A stretch of 57,154 nucleotides of DNA, the filler included, from Basidioascus undulatus (lineage: Eukaryota): the NCBI GenBank assembly GCA_000826855.1. It is 5 parts of 5 records of this genome, joined end to end, with 100 filler letters (N's around TTAATTAATTAA, not from the genome) between each part and the next. Parts side by side here need not be neighbours in the genome. Positions count along the whole stretch, not along the records: positions 11,457 to 22,809 come from JTLS01001017.1; positions 22,910 to 34,261 come from JTLS01001018.1; 3 more parts are not named here. The stretch is one strand, 5' to 3'. Every line of letters begins with the position of its first letter. Positions within the stretch are counted from its first letter, which is position 1. A program made the position numbers and the translations under genes. A model generated the notes under the pieces. That model made no database searches and was not told where the DNA came from. It saw nothing but the letters and a program-made list of their open reading frames with translations. Shown piece after piece: positions 11,821 to 23,561 of the stretch.

Positions 11821-12540
11821 ATGAAGTTCGCGGCTGGCGCGGTCGTCGCGCTTCTCGCTGCTTCAGCCTCGGCACACCCTCACGGCCACGCCCGGCACGA
11901 CTCGAGGATCCATTGTTCGCTTGAGCGACTTGCAGACCCCGCATGACGCGCTGCAGGAAAAGGAGGAGGGCGGTGAACCACACGCTGGCCAAGGGCGATG
12001 ACGTCGAGCATCGCTTTCCCTGAAGCTTGACTGCTTATGCTGGAGGGCCGGGTGCAGTTGTCGAGCAAAATGTCTTTCCACGCAATTGGCGTTTGTAGCC
12101 TTTGCATTTTGGACCCGATGTTCATACGCTGACACATGCGACAGGGTGACACCGGTACAGCCGGTGCCTGTAGGGACATCCACTTCGTGCGTATCTCTCT
12201 TCTGTTCATTTTCGGTACTGGCGACTCATCAGTCGCATTCTTTATCTAGGATAGCGAGTGGGTATGCGCAATGAATTGTACGGAGTGTATATATGCTGTT
12301 ATCCGCTGACAATGGACGAGCGATGGTGTGCAGAGGCACAATGGGATGGCGGCTCGCACTGGTCAGTGTTTACTGTCTGGTGTAAGAGTCGCTCGCCGCT
12401 GACAACAAATGAATGATGGTTTTCAGTGGGAGCCAAGTTGTGGTTTCCTACAACGCCGCGGTGCAGATGGTGACTGTGGTCGACCGCTGCGGATCTGGCT
12501 GTCCTGGATATGGCATGCTTGATCTGTTGCCCTCACTGGT
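11821..12540 (+). pseudogene. Degenerate secreted expansin-like / RlpA-type double-psi beta-barrel (loosenin-like) gene
   Basis: Signal peptide MKFAAGAVVALLAASASA. Exon remnants read KRRRAVNHTLAK, DTGTAGACRDIH, DSEWVCAMN, AQWDGGSHC and GSQVVVSYNAAVQMVTVVDRCGSGCPGYGMLDLLPSL. The first frame stops early, the first donors are not recognisable, and a TAG forms at one splice junction. Confidence 0.7.
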
Positions 12541-13325
12541 GCGTCGTCTCTTGTCATCTCTCTCATAACGTTCATCTTCTCATATCGGCTTAAAAGTTGC
12601 CGCAATAACGGCAACAGATGCTGTTATCTTCACGTAAGTCCCGAACAGCCTGTGGAAGCGTGTGGTAGCGTACGGGCAGGTCTGACATAGCTGGATTGTC
12701 TGAAGGGGAACTTGGTGGTTCGGTACGTGTAGCAGGCTTGAAAAAGAATGAAAACCTTGCTGATTCGAGTCTGATTCGCAGCTGGTGAAGGTGGAGTTGC
12801 GCCCACGAGTACCTCCGAGTACCAGCAGCCCCCGTACCAGCCTCCACCGACGACGACCAGCACGACAGAGAACTGGGGTATGTCCTGCAAAAACCACCTA
12901 CCGTTGACGGTGGACAACACTTGTCCCTTTGAGCTGTAGATTGGACTTCATGGACGCGCAGACCACATCGACGTCGCAGTGGGCGGTAAGTGGTCCGAGG
13001 CAACGTGGCGCATACATTGTATATTGACGGCTTTCTTACAGCCGCCCATTACCTCCACGACGAGCACGACGCCGCCTCCGAGCACCACCTCGTAAGAATT
13101 TTGGTTCTTAATGGCAAGAGCATCCTCGACGATGTGATACTCAAGCAGTATGCCTCTTGTCCCCTTGCATTGCGGAGCTGCTCACTTCGCCTGAATTTGA
13201 ACGTTGCGGAGTTTGGCTTTTCGTGGAACGCTGCGTACAAATGCGTCAGTTTCGGACTGTTTGGTCGTTGCATTCCCGTTCAGGTTCAGGCCTGCGTTCC
13301 CTCAAGGATGCAAACCCATACATTC

Positions 13326-13589
13326 GTCCGAACGTATCGATCGTCCCCTTTGTCTTGGGAACGTTGCGGAACGACGCGCAACCGCCGTTCTGAGGGGACT
13401 CAAAACTGCTAAATAAGCACCTCCCAGGTTGATCGGCTCTTCGCACAACCGTCACGCCAACAGCCGTCCGAACGTATCGTCCCCTTTGTCTTGGGAACGT
13501 TGCGCAACCGCCCTTCTGAGCACTCAAAACTGCTAAACAAGCACCTCCCAGGTCGGTCGGCTCTTCGCACAACCGTCACGCCAACAGCC
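13326..13589. repeat. Tandem duplication (140-bp and 124-bp copies)
   Basis: GTCCGAACGTATCG...CACGCCAACAGCC occurs at 13326-13465 and 13466-13589, differing by small indels and substitutions. Confidence 0.95.
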
Positions 13590-14491
13590 TTGAACAATGG
13601 CTCCATCGGCTATGATACAATCCCGCATACTACTCGCATCGTCAACTCTTCTGGTTCTCATGCTGGGAACATTGACGGTCTGGGCGCAGCACAGCAATGT
13701 CGCTTGCGGTGACTGTAAGCCGTTCTGCTTCTCCACCTATTTCTGCGCCAGCGCTTGATCCGCATTTTGTCAAAAGGGTCTACGTGGATGGTACGATATA
13801 TCGGGAATCGATCGAGAGATCCCCTGACAGGGTTTTCCCAAATATCAGTTGAACGAGCACGGCGAAACGCCCTGCGATGTTTGGGCTCGCATCGGAGCGT
13901 TGTGTTCGGGAGGCGATCGTGAGTCGGTCGCATTGCTTGCCCATACGAATGCAGACTGACATGGATGGGCCCCACTAGACACAGTGTTGCCACTAAGAAC
14001 CGAAGACTACATCTACCTTGCTCCGACCAGGAGCCAGTGCACGCCTTGCCAATGCAACAGCGTTGCGTACACCCTCATGGTGCGTCACACATACCGAATT
14101 AGCTAGCTGTTTCCTTGAATAATCCACCTGATAATATGGATGTTCCACTCAGTCCGCGTGCACAGTCTGCCAATATAGAGACGCACGCGCCCGCCTCCAA
14201 TTCGACAATCAGCAGTACTGGGCGTTTGGATGTGATACTTCCGGAGTCTCGGGGTCCCATTATCGCTCGAAGTGGGTCTTTTTAATAAAAAAACATGTCT
14301 TTGCTCAAGACGTGCAGCTCATCGAAGGAGTAGTGGCACGATGAGTGTCGGCTTGGAGGAAGCAGCGGCAGACGCGGATGTGAGCATCCCCATATGGGCA
14401 AGGGTGCCGGTTGCGGAGAGGCCTGGGTGGTGGAACGAGCGTTGAGTCACCAAGTCAATAGAACAGTCAGACTTCAACTAACGCTGACAGG

Positions 14492-14855
14492 TGCCACAGA
14501 ACATGCCTACCAGGTCGCCCTTGCCGCTCTCCCAACGTCCTCAATTGCAGCCACCGCGTCCTACAACGCGCCGCCGCCGGCGACTTCTTCCCCGACAGCC
14601 TTTTCTATTACAGAAATCTTGCTACCTTTAAGTCTTTGGGAGCTTGGGGCCGCCCGGGGCGTTATCATGTCGATTCTAGGACTTGCGCTCGGGTTGGCGG
14701 TTTTATTGGGTCTGTTCTGCCGTCGTCTACGGCGCGATGACGAACGAGCGGGTTGGCGCTTGCCCGGTTTCGAGAACCGGCAGACCAAGGGCGAGATCTG
14801 GCAGTCGCTTTCCCCTCACTCGTCTCGGGTCAAGGATGTCGATGAAGCTTTTTGA
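14492..14855 (+). CDS. Possible last exon of a hypothetical single-pass membrane protein
   Basis: A Ser/Thr/Ala/Pro-rich stretch is followed by hydrophobic IMSILGLALGLAVLLGLFC and basic RRLRR. Upstream exons were not resolved. Confidence 0.35.
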
Positions 14856-17800
14856 ATAGCTATCTTGCCGCGCAGTCCACTTCATGCAGGCATGAACTCC
14901 CGCTGCTTCTTCGCGTGATCGTCATCTATGATTGCAACTGCGGTTTGATCAGTGCGGGCTTGATTCAGAAGGTTATACGCTTACAATGTAATGCCGCCTC
15001 CGTCGCGATTCTCGATCTCGAACTATCTATTCTTCCCTACACTACGATCGCACCGCCAGCGAGTCTGAAGGTCTCGAGTATCCTCTTCCTTGTAGATATG
15101 GAAGCTATGCCGTTTGAGTATGATGGAAAGTAGCTTATATGCATGCGGGGAGAGCTGTCGAGCAAAGGGATACGCAGGCGCATCTCACTTCATTGTTGTC
15201 GTGCGAACTGCACCACCACAAGAATACGATTGATTCAACCAGAAACAGAACCTCGTTCTCAAAACAACCCGGATGACGAACTATTGTTTCTTCCACGCCG
15301 CACTCGCCCCTCTTCAAGAAGAAATGGAGGAAGGGCGACGGGGGAGAAACAAAAGGTGGCCAGCCTCTTGTTCCTCCGTTAGCTGTGCACCCGGGGACTC
15401 CTACCTAAGTCCGCCGATCATCTGTTTGCTACGGTGTCGTGCTCCAGCCGCTCTTCCATCTTCAGCCCGCCAATGGATCTGTGAGAAGAGGCCACAGATC
15501 CTCGAACGCAGTCAGCTCAAAGCGAGAGTGTCAGGAAGGAGCGACGTACACGATACGTTTTGTGAGACCGTGGGGAAATGCAACGATCCCCAGGGTGACT
15601 GCCTCAAAACTGGTCCGGAGTTGACTTGGTAAAAGTGACAAGTCGCAAAGTCCCCAGCGCCGAGACGTTTAGTGACCATGAGAGGAGTGGAATCCGCGGG
15701 GATTGAGGGACAGCGCTTCATACACCATCGATAGGATATGAGCTGTGTTTGTTATGATGCAACGTCCGCCTGTTGTGCTTGGTGTGTCGTCCAGGTAGGG
15801 CATCCTTGTGGCCGGATGGCACGGACGACGACTTGACGGCAAAGCCTCTTCTGGAGAGCCATCTTCCCGATGCGTTAGAGCGACATTCCCCACCGTTCCA
15901 TTTTCAAGGAAGTGTAGATGTACGGCTTGTTCAATAAAAGCTGTTAAAAAAACGTGCGATGCGTGTGCTCTAACCAGCCTCCCGATAATCACGTTACACG
16001 CTGTCGAGCGATGCAGGTAAGAATCGGCTCACCTTGTCTTCTCTGGAGAGTGTCTTGCGTTTTTTGGCGGTTATTACCACAGTCAACATGATTACCCCGG
16101 ACGAGGCAAGTGAGATGAAGTGAGCGCGATGCGTACTTAACGCAATGGGGATGTTGGTGTTGGCCTTCCGTGAAAGACTGTGATGAAATCGGTTATGCGT
16201 CAGAGCGGGCTTGGAACACAGCCTGCGAGGGAAATATTGCACTTTTGATCAGATATGGACTATGCTTCCAATCCCGACTGTAAACGGCGCAAAAACGTGT
16301 CAGAACGGTCATCCACGGTCCAATGCTTGTGCGAGGACTTGCGCACCTTCGTGTCCAAACACAACAGAAGTGTGGATCTGTTGTCCTTCCCAGCAGTCAG
16401 GACCTCATCAACGAAGAATAGAGGCAGAGGAAAGGAAGAGTTAGAAGGGTTTGGGCTTGAGAGAGGCCCGACCCATAGCGGGGCATGTCGCTTCTCGTCG
16501 GCCTCGGGGGCGGTGGAAGTGGGAATGGGGGGAACAAGCGAATGCAGTCCGCGGCGCCCATTTTGTAGCGCTCCGAGGCCGTGCAAAGTCGCTTTATTGA
16601 ACGTTCGGAGACGAAAGCGGGAGTCTGGGACACGTCCGAACTGTCTTCAGTCGTCGTTGGGATCGCCGGTTGTGGACAAGTGTGCCCCCTTGCGACCTCT
16701 CCTCGCGCTTGCTTCAGTCATCGCCAAGGAGCACATAATATTTTGGGTAGGTTTGAACGGGTATGGCCATAAAGCAAGAAGCCACAACGAGCCATTCTTA
16801 CGTTGTTTGGACTGAGGTCGATGCGCAACGTAAGATGGCCGAATGCAGCAGCGCGCCTCAACGCGTTGCCCAGCTGGAAGAACTTCGCTTGGCGAGTCGT
16901 GTCTCCGAATTATCACGAAGGGAATGCTTGTAACATATCTAGGTTTCTGACTCGCCAAAATGGAAGGTCTTTCAATAAGTGACTGAGCTGTACTGCTTAT
17001 CAGAGCGAGGGCAAAGGGAGCCTGGCATCCAAAGCCACAGTTAGCTCCACCGAGCCAGTTAGTATAATACTTTATAAACTGTAGGTTTTGGGTTGAGAAG
17101 AGCACCGCACTTTCATTCATGGACAGAGAAGGGCTGACGGAAGGAAGCCACTGTGAATGCTGGCGAGTTTCTTCCTTTGTCTGTTTCCCATGCGCCGATA
17201 GACCTGAAGCACAGCAGAGGACCCCTAATGTTTGTGCAGTCTTCGTATGAATGTTAGCGCTATACCTCCGTGTTTGAAGTTGCGGGGCGATGCGACGTCC
17301 GGCACCGCTGTCTCTGACGCTTGAGCATGGCAGCATGCAATTGCAGGCCTTTCATCCAGGCCCGCCCTCCATCCGCAGCGGTCCTCAGCAATCCCCGTGC
17401 TTTCCTCCTGTCGGTTTTACTTCCGACTCCTGTTTATTGAGTTGTGATGCGGTTGGCCGCTAGAGGCTTGCGTCCGATGGTGAAGCAGCTGGCACACCCA
17501 CGACGCTTCTCGGTATTCAGCACTTATATTCCCTTTTCTCTTTCTTCAACGGCTGCATTCTTCCTGCAAAATTACACCGTTCGGATGATATCTCACTTCC
17601 AAGGAAAGCCCAATGTGCCCCAAGTTTACTCCTTCATACTTCTTCTCGAGCAGTTCAGCCGCATTTCTTTCCGTGCTACATTGCGCAGCTTGGAGTGATG
17701 TGCGTGCGCTAGGACACACCGCAAATTTGGCAAAGCACGTCGGGGGAAGCAATGAGGTTGCCCATATTTTCATTGGGCGAAAAAGAACAATATAGGAGGC

Positions 17801-18079
17801 GCGTCATGCAGACGCTCGCAACGCAAACGCGCGCGTCAATTGCGCTCCTAGTTGATTGGGACCGAACCTACTCCGCCCAGTGATATTAGCACGATGCTTT
17901 AAATCGCAATTGGAAAGTTAAGGGATCGCACGGGAGTGTCTCCGAAATGTTGCCAATCTCAGGAGGGCGCTCCCGAGGCGATTGGCCGGAGCGTCCAGGA
18001 CTCACGAGCGAAACGCCACCTCGATCACGGCCGGGCAGGACGATATTCAGAATTTCCGATATCCCTCATCATTCCTTCA

Positions 18080-18915
18080 TCACTCGCCGCGTCCCTTGCC
18101 CTTCCGTCCGCGCCGCTTCGCTGGCGGCGGCGCGCTCGCCGGCTCGGCAGAGGCGGAGGTGCGTCCGCGCTTGCTGGAAGGCGCTGCCAGGACGGGTGAC
18201 AGTGAGCGTTGAGCGGCGCGGAGACTGGCAAAAGAATTCGTGCTAAATGTCAAATTCACCGGGATGAGCGTAGATGTCAACCGGTCACGTACGATCTCTC
18301 CTGCTCGTCCAGCTGCGCCTGCAAGCTGGGCAGTTTCTCCAACCCAAGGCTATCGCGCAGCTCGTCTACATGCTCTGCGTGAACGATAGCTTATGAGTAC
18401 TCATAGCGCTCATCAAGGGTGTTCCTGCAGGCGTACCTCGGACACCGGCATACCCCGACCTTCCGTCCCTCAGCTTTCTTTCCTCCTCCTGCCCAGTGCA
18501 CCCTCATCAGCGCCACGCTCATCCCGACAGGTACCATCAGACGCACCTCTACCTCCGCCTCAATCTGCCTCTCCGCCGCTTCCACCCTCTTCCTGTCCTC
18601 GCCCACGCTCGCGAGCGCCTCGAGCAGGCGAGCTCGCTCAGAAGCCAGCCAGTTGCGCTCGGCGCGAAGGTCCTGGAGCGTGCTGCGCTTGGAGATGAGA
18701 GATGCGTGCATTGAGAGGAGAGAAGAAGTGTGTGAGAGCATGGCGGTCGTTTCTCGGCTGGAAATGAAGTAGGTAAGCATCGTCAGCGTCCGGTGGGCTG
18801 GGAGATTGCAGACGGACGAGAGCTCTGAAACGAGGGAGAGTGAAGTCAGCGCCGGAATGCAGGGATCTGGGGCAGCGGTCGTCGTCGATGCATTGGAGAA
18901 CACTCTCGATGCCAT
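18080..18915 (-). CDS. ZC4H2 (zf-C4H2 family)-like coiled-coil protein with no C-terminal zinc finger
   Basis: Spliced product reads ...STLQDLRAERNWLASERARLLEALASVGEDRKRVEAAERQIEAEVE|EEERKLRDGRSGYAGVR|EHVDELRDSLGLEKLPSLQAQLDEQERS|LRAAQ...KRRGRKGKGRGE*. EHVDELRDSLGLEKLPSL resembles [18 protein letters not shown] of animal ZC4H2 (recalled, not searched). Confidence 0.7.
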
Positions 18916-19192
18916 GACGGTTGACGATATTGCTGTGTGGAAGGAGCAAATGAAGGACGAGCAGGCGTCGGTGGGACAGGCGCCTTCGGGTCCCAGGCAC
19001 GCACGATGCGAGTTGACTCATGTGCTGAGGATTGCCAAATTGTCCTTGCGGGCATCTTTCCAACAGCCAGTTGGCTTGAATATCTGTAGGTACCCTTTCC
19101 CCAGAGGAAAGGAAAAATGCGAGTACCAGTTTGAGCCTTCATTTGCGAATTGCACACAGCACGCATCTTTCAAGAAATCAATGAATGCCGAC

Positions 19193-21060
19193 TCAAGCCC
19201 AGCGTGCTAGAAGAGCCATCAGCCCAGCACCTGTAATGACAAACCATGTCGCAGTCAGCTTCATGTCGACTGCAAAGAGATGCTGATGCAGCTCACCGAG
19301 AAGGATGCAACAGCACGCATAAGCGACGTGGCCGTTGGATGCCCTGCGCATCTTCTGGGAGAACAGGAACTCGCGAGCAAGGAGCTCCACGAATCCAGTG
19401 TACTGAGTAGCAATAGAGTTTCTGTGAGCATTCCAGTGGCCCTCGAAATGTGAAGAGCTACGCACCAGGAGGATGCCCGCCGACAGTGCATCCAGCACTC
19501 CAGCGACAATGGAGGCGGCCGTGGACTCGGCGTTGTACGTAGATCGTACTCCGAGGCCGATGGCCTGTGCACAGTCCCTTAATCATTAGGCAAAGCGGAG
19601 TTGGGGTCGGCAAAGCTAAGAGAGAGCCTGACCATGAACACCGGCGTGACAGCTGAAGGAGGCGAAGAGATCAGCGAAGGAACCGTGTGACCGGTGTTTG
19701 CGTACTGACCCGAGTAAAGGAGGCCACAAGCATACCTTACAGCATGAAAGCATGGAAAAACATCAGCACTTAATCAAAGTAGTAGAAGGACGAGACGGAC
19801 GGGACCCAGTTTAAAGACTGCGCAAGCGGCAGCTCAGAAAGACGAGCGCCGAGACCGATGCCCTCGAAGGTCTGGTGGCTGAACACGTGGAAAGACAGTC
19901 AGCTCTCGGTTCATAAGCACACCCTGGGAAGACAAGAACGACCCACAAGATGATCACGACCAGCAGAGTGGCGAACTCGTCCGAGGCGGTGACGGCCAGA
20001 GCGATGCCGATGACAGCGGCTTCCAAGTGACGAGGAGCGTGAGCAACAAACGGGTTCGCGGCAATAGTGAAGTTGAAGAAATACCCACAGTGGAACAATA
20101 CGCCAAGCTCCAAGATGGCCACGCCCAGGACGGTTGCCGTGGCAGGCGAGCCGGTCTCCTCCGTGGAGAGGGACGCTTGGTCGGCAGGGAGTTTCGCATT
20201 GCGGGCCAGCGTGGCTTCATCGGCTTCAGCAGGGTGATGTGCGTGCGCGTGGTCTATCGAAAGGGGTTGGCTTCAGTTGATCGGACCATGTTGCGGGGGC
20301 GGGAGGGCGAGATCTTACCGGCAACGATGCCGCGGCGTGCCAGCCATTGCTCGCCGGCGCGGAACGCCGAAAGCTCCACGATGAACATGGCGAATACAGA
20401 TGCCATCGCCAATGCTGGTGCCCTATAGGAGATATCATTCAGCGTCTAAGTTCTGCGGCAGAGCGGTTTAAGGCTGAACCCACCAGTCATAATCCTTCCA
20501 TGCCCCCGACAAACACTCGCTCCCCAGCGCCTCAAAGGCTGGCGTGACTGTTGGAGACGGGGCATCAGCCCGAATTTTACTGATGTCTCACATGGGCCCA
20601 TGACGAACGCAGATGCATGAAAGCCGTCTGTGTATCGGTTAAAATATGTCAGGATGTTCCGAGTTAGATGGTCGGGAAGCAGCACACGAACCGCGATGAT
20701 GACGCCGCTACCGAAGTACTACAGCGCGAAGGAGACATTGACGTCAGTATAGTATCTGAAGAATATATCAAGGAAGACGATGTGAACCTTTGCGAAGTCG
20801 AAGACGGCTACAGGCACGCGAGTGCGACGCAAGACGATGGGCAGCAGGGTGCCTGTTACCGATGTGACGAGGACGATGAAGATTGCGCCGATTCGCAAAG
20901 GCATGTTTTCGGCCTCATTGTACACTGCACCACAGGCGACTGGATGTCGGGGATGCAATCACGAGTGAGTCTCGACTCGAGGGGTGTAGCCCGGAGCAGA
21001 AGACTGACTGGCTTCCTCGCCGCTCGCTTCTTCCGCACGAGCACGAAGTTGGGAAATCAT
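19193..21060 (-). CDS. ZIP-family zinc/iron permease (Zrt1/Zrt2-like)
   Basis: LRIGAIFIVLVTS..FDFAK|YFGSGVII, AILELGVLFH, VIGIALAV..EFATLLVVII, HQTFEGIGLGARL, GVLDALSAGILL, YTGFVELLAREFLF, and C-terminal GAGLMALLARWA*. A His-containing loop HTHH is also present. Confidence 0.95.
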
Positions 21061-21383
21061 GGCGATTGGGGATAATCGATCGAGTACGAAAGTGAAGTGT
21101 CAGTTAGCACGTGCAGAGCACGAATGAGGAATCAGTGGGTGACCAGCGATGAGGTGCGGTTATGCGCGGTGCTCGACAGCCTGCAGCCAGCAGCACTTCG
21201 TATGGGCATTTTTCGACGTTGCGGGAGGACCGTCGCGGTCGGGAGACACACCTGGCCGGTTCTTGGCACACTGATAAAAGATCGAGAGATGGAACCATTT
21301 CATAAGGTTTGGCCCAAATAGACGTGTCTCAGACAAAGCCATTTCAAACTCCAGAGACTTCCTTCGTTTCTTACGCCTTTGTC

Positions 21384-21421
21384 TGCTCTCAACAACTGTG
21401 AGTGCTCTCAACAACTGTGAG
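21384..21421. repeat. 19-bp perfect tandem repeat upstream of the ZIP gene
   Basis: TGCTCTCAACAACTGTGAG x2. Confidence 0.9.
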
Positions 21422-22004
21422 TGTTGTTTATTGAAATGTGCTGGTGCCACAGTGTATTCTTAGCAAGCGAAGGTCTGAGCGTGCAGCGAGTGTATGGAGG
21501 AGCTGAGAAGGCGAGCGATCCGCAGGCGCCATTTATCCGCTGCGGCGCTACCGCCTCTTGCCCGAGTCGCCCTCCGTTCAACTCCACCGGGCGGATGGGT
21601 TTGCACTCGCATTCTATGCTCTATTGCAATCCTGCTGCACCAAATTGTCAAGGAGATCTCCAAGATACGGAGTGTAGAGGTCTCGGCAGACGCGTCAAAA
21701 GCCGAGCGAAAATCCGAGGTGCATGGGCAACAAGAAGGCAGAGGTAAAGGAGTCGATCGTGAAGCATGAGTGTACGTCGTAGGTAAGAGCGAAAGTCGGA
21801 GATGGACCAAAAGGACAATAGGACATGTATCGAGGAAGGGTGAAAGCGCACGACCGGCGGGCGAGACGGACAAGGATACAGTGGATGCGAGAGGTCGTCG
21901 AGGGGTAGTACGGAAACAGGTAGAATACAGAGCGGGAGTGGGAAGACGTGGAAGAAATAAACCGAGATCGGAGAAAAGGGTAACGAGAGTCCGGTAGTAG
22001 AGCA

Positions 22005-22809
22005 TCAGAAGCCTGAGCACAACGCAACCATGATCAGCAGTTTGTAACCAAGGCAATGCGGCGGCACTTACATCGCAGCTTGCTCTCTGCGAAAGCGATG
22101 GACTTCCGTCAGTGCTTATTCTCATCGCAAGACAGAGAGGGATGTGCTCGGCGTACTCTTCTTTTGCATCTCCTCCATGCGTTGTTCGAGTTGCATACGC
22201 GCACGTTCACGTGCGGCACGCTCCTCGTCGATCTTGGCCGCGCTTGCGCGCTTCTCTTCGGCCACGCTGTTGCGCGCGCTCTCGATCTCGTTCTGCTTCT
22301 CTTCGAGTTCCATGCGCAGAGACGCGACGGAGGCGTTCGCGGCGTCGCGCTCCTTCGCAAGCTCGTTCATCTGTACCCGGGCCTTGCGAAGCGAGCGCTC
22401 GGAGTCTGCGCATGATTGCTTCGTTAGCGTCCACTTCGCATTGCTCAAGGTCACTCGACGCACCCATGAGCGCATTCTCGAGGGTTTGCACTGTCGGAAG
22501 AGCACAGGTCAGCGATGCAATGAGGCTCGCGCAACGGGCGCAGACTCTCACCAAGATCGATATTCGCCTGCAGGTCGGCCTCGCAGTGGTCGAGCTGCTT
22601 CGTGAGCGTCCGAATCTGCTGATCGGCTTCTTCCAGCTGCTTGGCCATCTGGGCGTCAGCGACGGGCGCGATGCTGGTTGCGTCGGTGGAGCCCGAGCGA
22701 ACGCTGGTGGAGGACTCGGGGCGAGAAGAAGTGGAGGACCGCACGGGGCGCGGCAAGGGTGGAAGAGCGGGTTGGGTGGAGGGAAGGGGAAGGGAGGAGA
22801 GGAATGGGA
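22005..22809 (-). CDS. 3' end of a large coiled-coil protein resembling the fungal kinesin-4 (KIF21-like) tail, truncated by the contig end
   Basis: QIRTLTKQLDHCEADLQANIDL|VQTLENALM|DSERSLRKARVQMNELAKERD...EERAARERARMQLEQRMEEMQKK|KSKLR|CF*. The family assignment rests on recalled tail similarity; no motor domain is in the window. Confidence 0.6.
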
Positions 22810-22909
22810 NNNNNNNNNNNNNNNNNNNNNNNNNNNNNNNNNNNNNNNNNNNNTTAATTAATTAANNNNNNNNNNNNNNNNNNNNNNNNNNNNNNNNNNN
22901 NNNNNNNNN
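22810..22909. other. Artificial contig spacer
   Basis: N44-TTAATTAATTAA-N44. Confidence 0.99.
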
Positions 22910-23285
22910 GTGCCACACTTACAGTTCCAGGCATTGATGAGGGAGGTAACGCTAAGCTTCATTGCAATGAACGTTTGGTGCGTCCCCTTTTCGGTTCTCT
23001 GGTAAGAAAGTGAGGGTGCGAGTGCTGAATGGTTGCAATGGTTGCTGCGGATGCACACAGCCATATCCCCACGCGCAAGATTCTTTCGCATAACGCGCGC
23101 AAGACGCTCTTCCGCCCGACGAACTTAAAGGAGACGATGGCTGCGTGGGAGCGCGGCGAGGGCGCGGGGCTGAAGCTGAAAGGTTCGTCGTTGTTCTCCC
23201 CCTTTCAACCCCCCAGGTTTCCAAGTTTGTGCAGGAAGAGCTAGCATGCTGATAGCTGTAATCTCATAAAGAGCTCTACCTCAAC

Positions 23286-23561
23286 ATGCGCTGGACCTTC
23301 GTCCTCGCCTTCCTCGCGCTGTACGTTCCCCTTCCCCTTCCCCTTCCCTCTGTCCCCACCTTCCCCCGCTTCCTCCCCTTTCTCCATCCACTCACCGTCG
23401 CACCCGCCCAAAGCGTCTACGCCCTCGGCATCCAAGCCGGCCTGATCGACAACATCCTCCCCGTCCTGATCGCCAAGCTTGGGCGCGGCGGGCTCGAGTC
23501 GGCGCTCGTCCAGGCGCCGGCGCACAACGTGCCTTTGCCGAATGGGCCGGCGGTGCCGTAG
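23286..23561 (+). CDS. Small secreted peptide (~60 aa, one intron)
   Basis: Removing the GTACGT...CCCAAAG intron gives MRWTFVLAFLALVYALGIQAGLIDNILPVLIAKLGRGGLESALVQAPAHNVPLPNGPAVP*. It has high GC3 and a signal-peptide-like N-terminus. Confidence 0.65.
   Translation: MRWTFVLAFLALYVPLPLPLPSVPTFPRFLPFLHPLTVAPAQSVYALGIQAGLIDNILPVLIAKLGRGGLESALVQAPAHNVPLPNGPAVP

Noticed and set aside
14900..17900. Scattered 100-230 aa ORFs, some Cys-rich
   Set aside because: No coherent exon chain or recognisable domain; probably intergenic or decayed sequence.
3869..21060. Apparent metal-uptake cluster (siderophore transporter plus ZIP transporter)
   Set aside because: The two genes are on different contigs, so their proximity is a concatenation artefact.
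21290..21310. Zap1/ZafA-like zinc-response element upstream of the ZIP gene (ACCATTTCATAAGGT)
   Set aside because: Spacing and sequence do not fit ACCTTNAAGGT or CAAGGT well enough.
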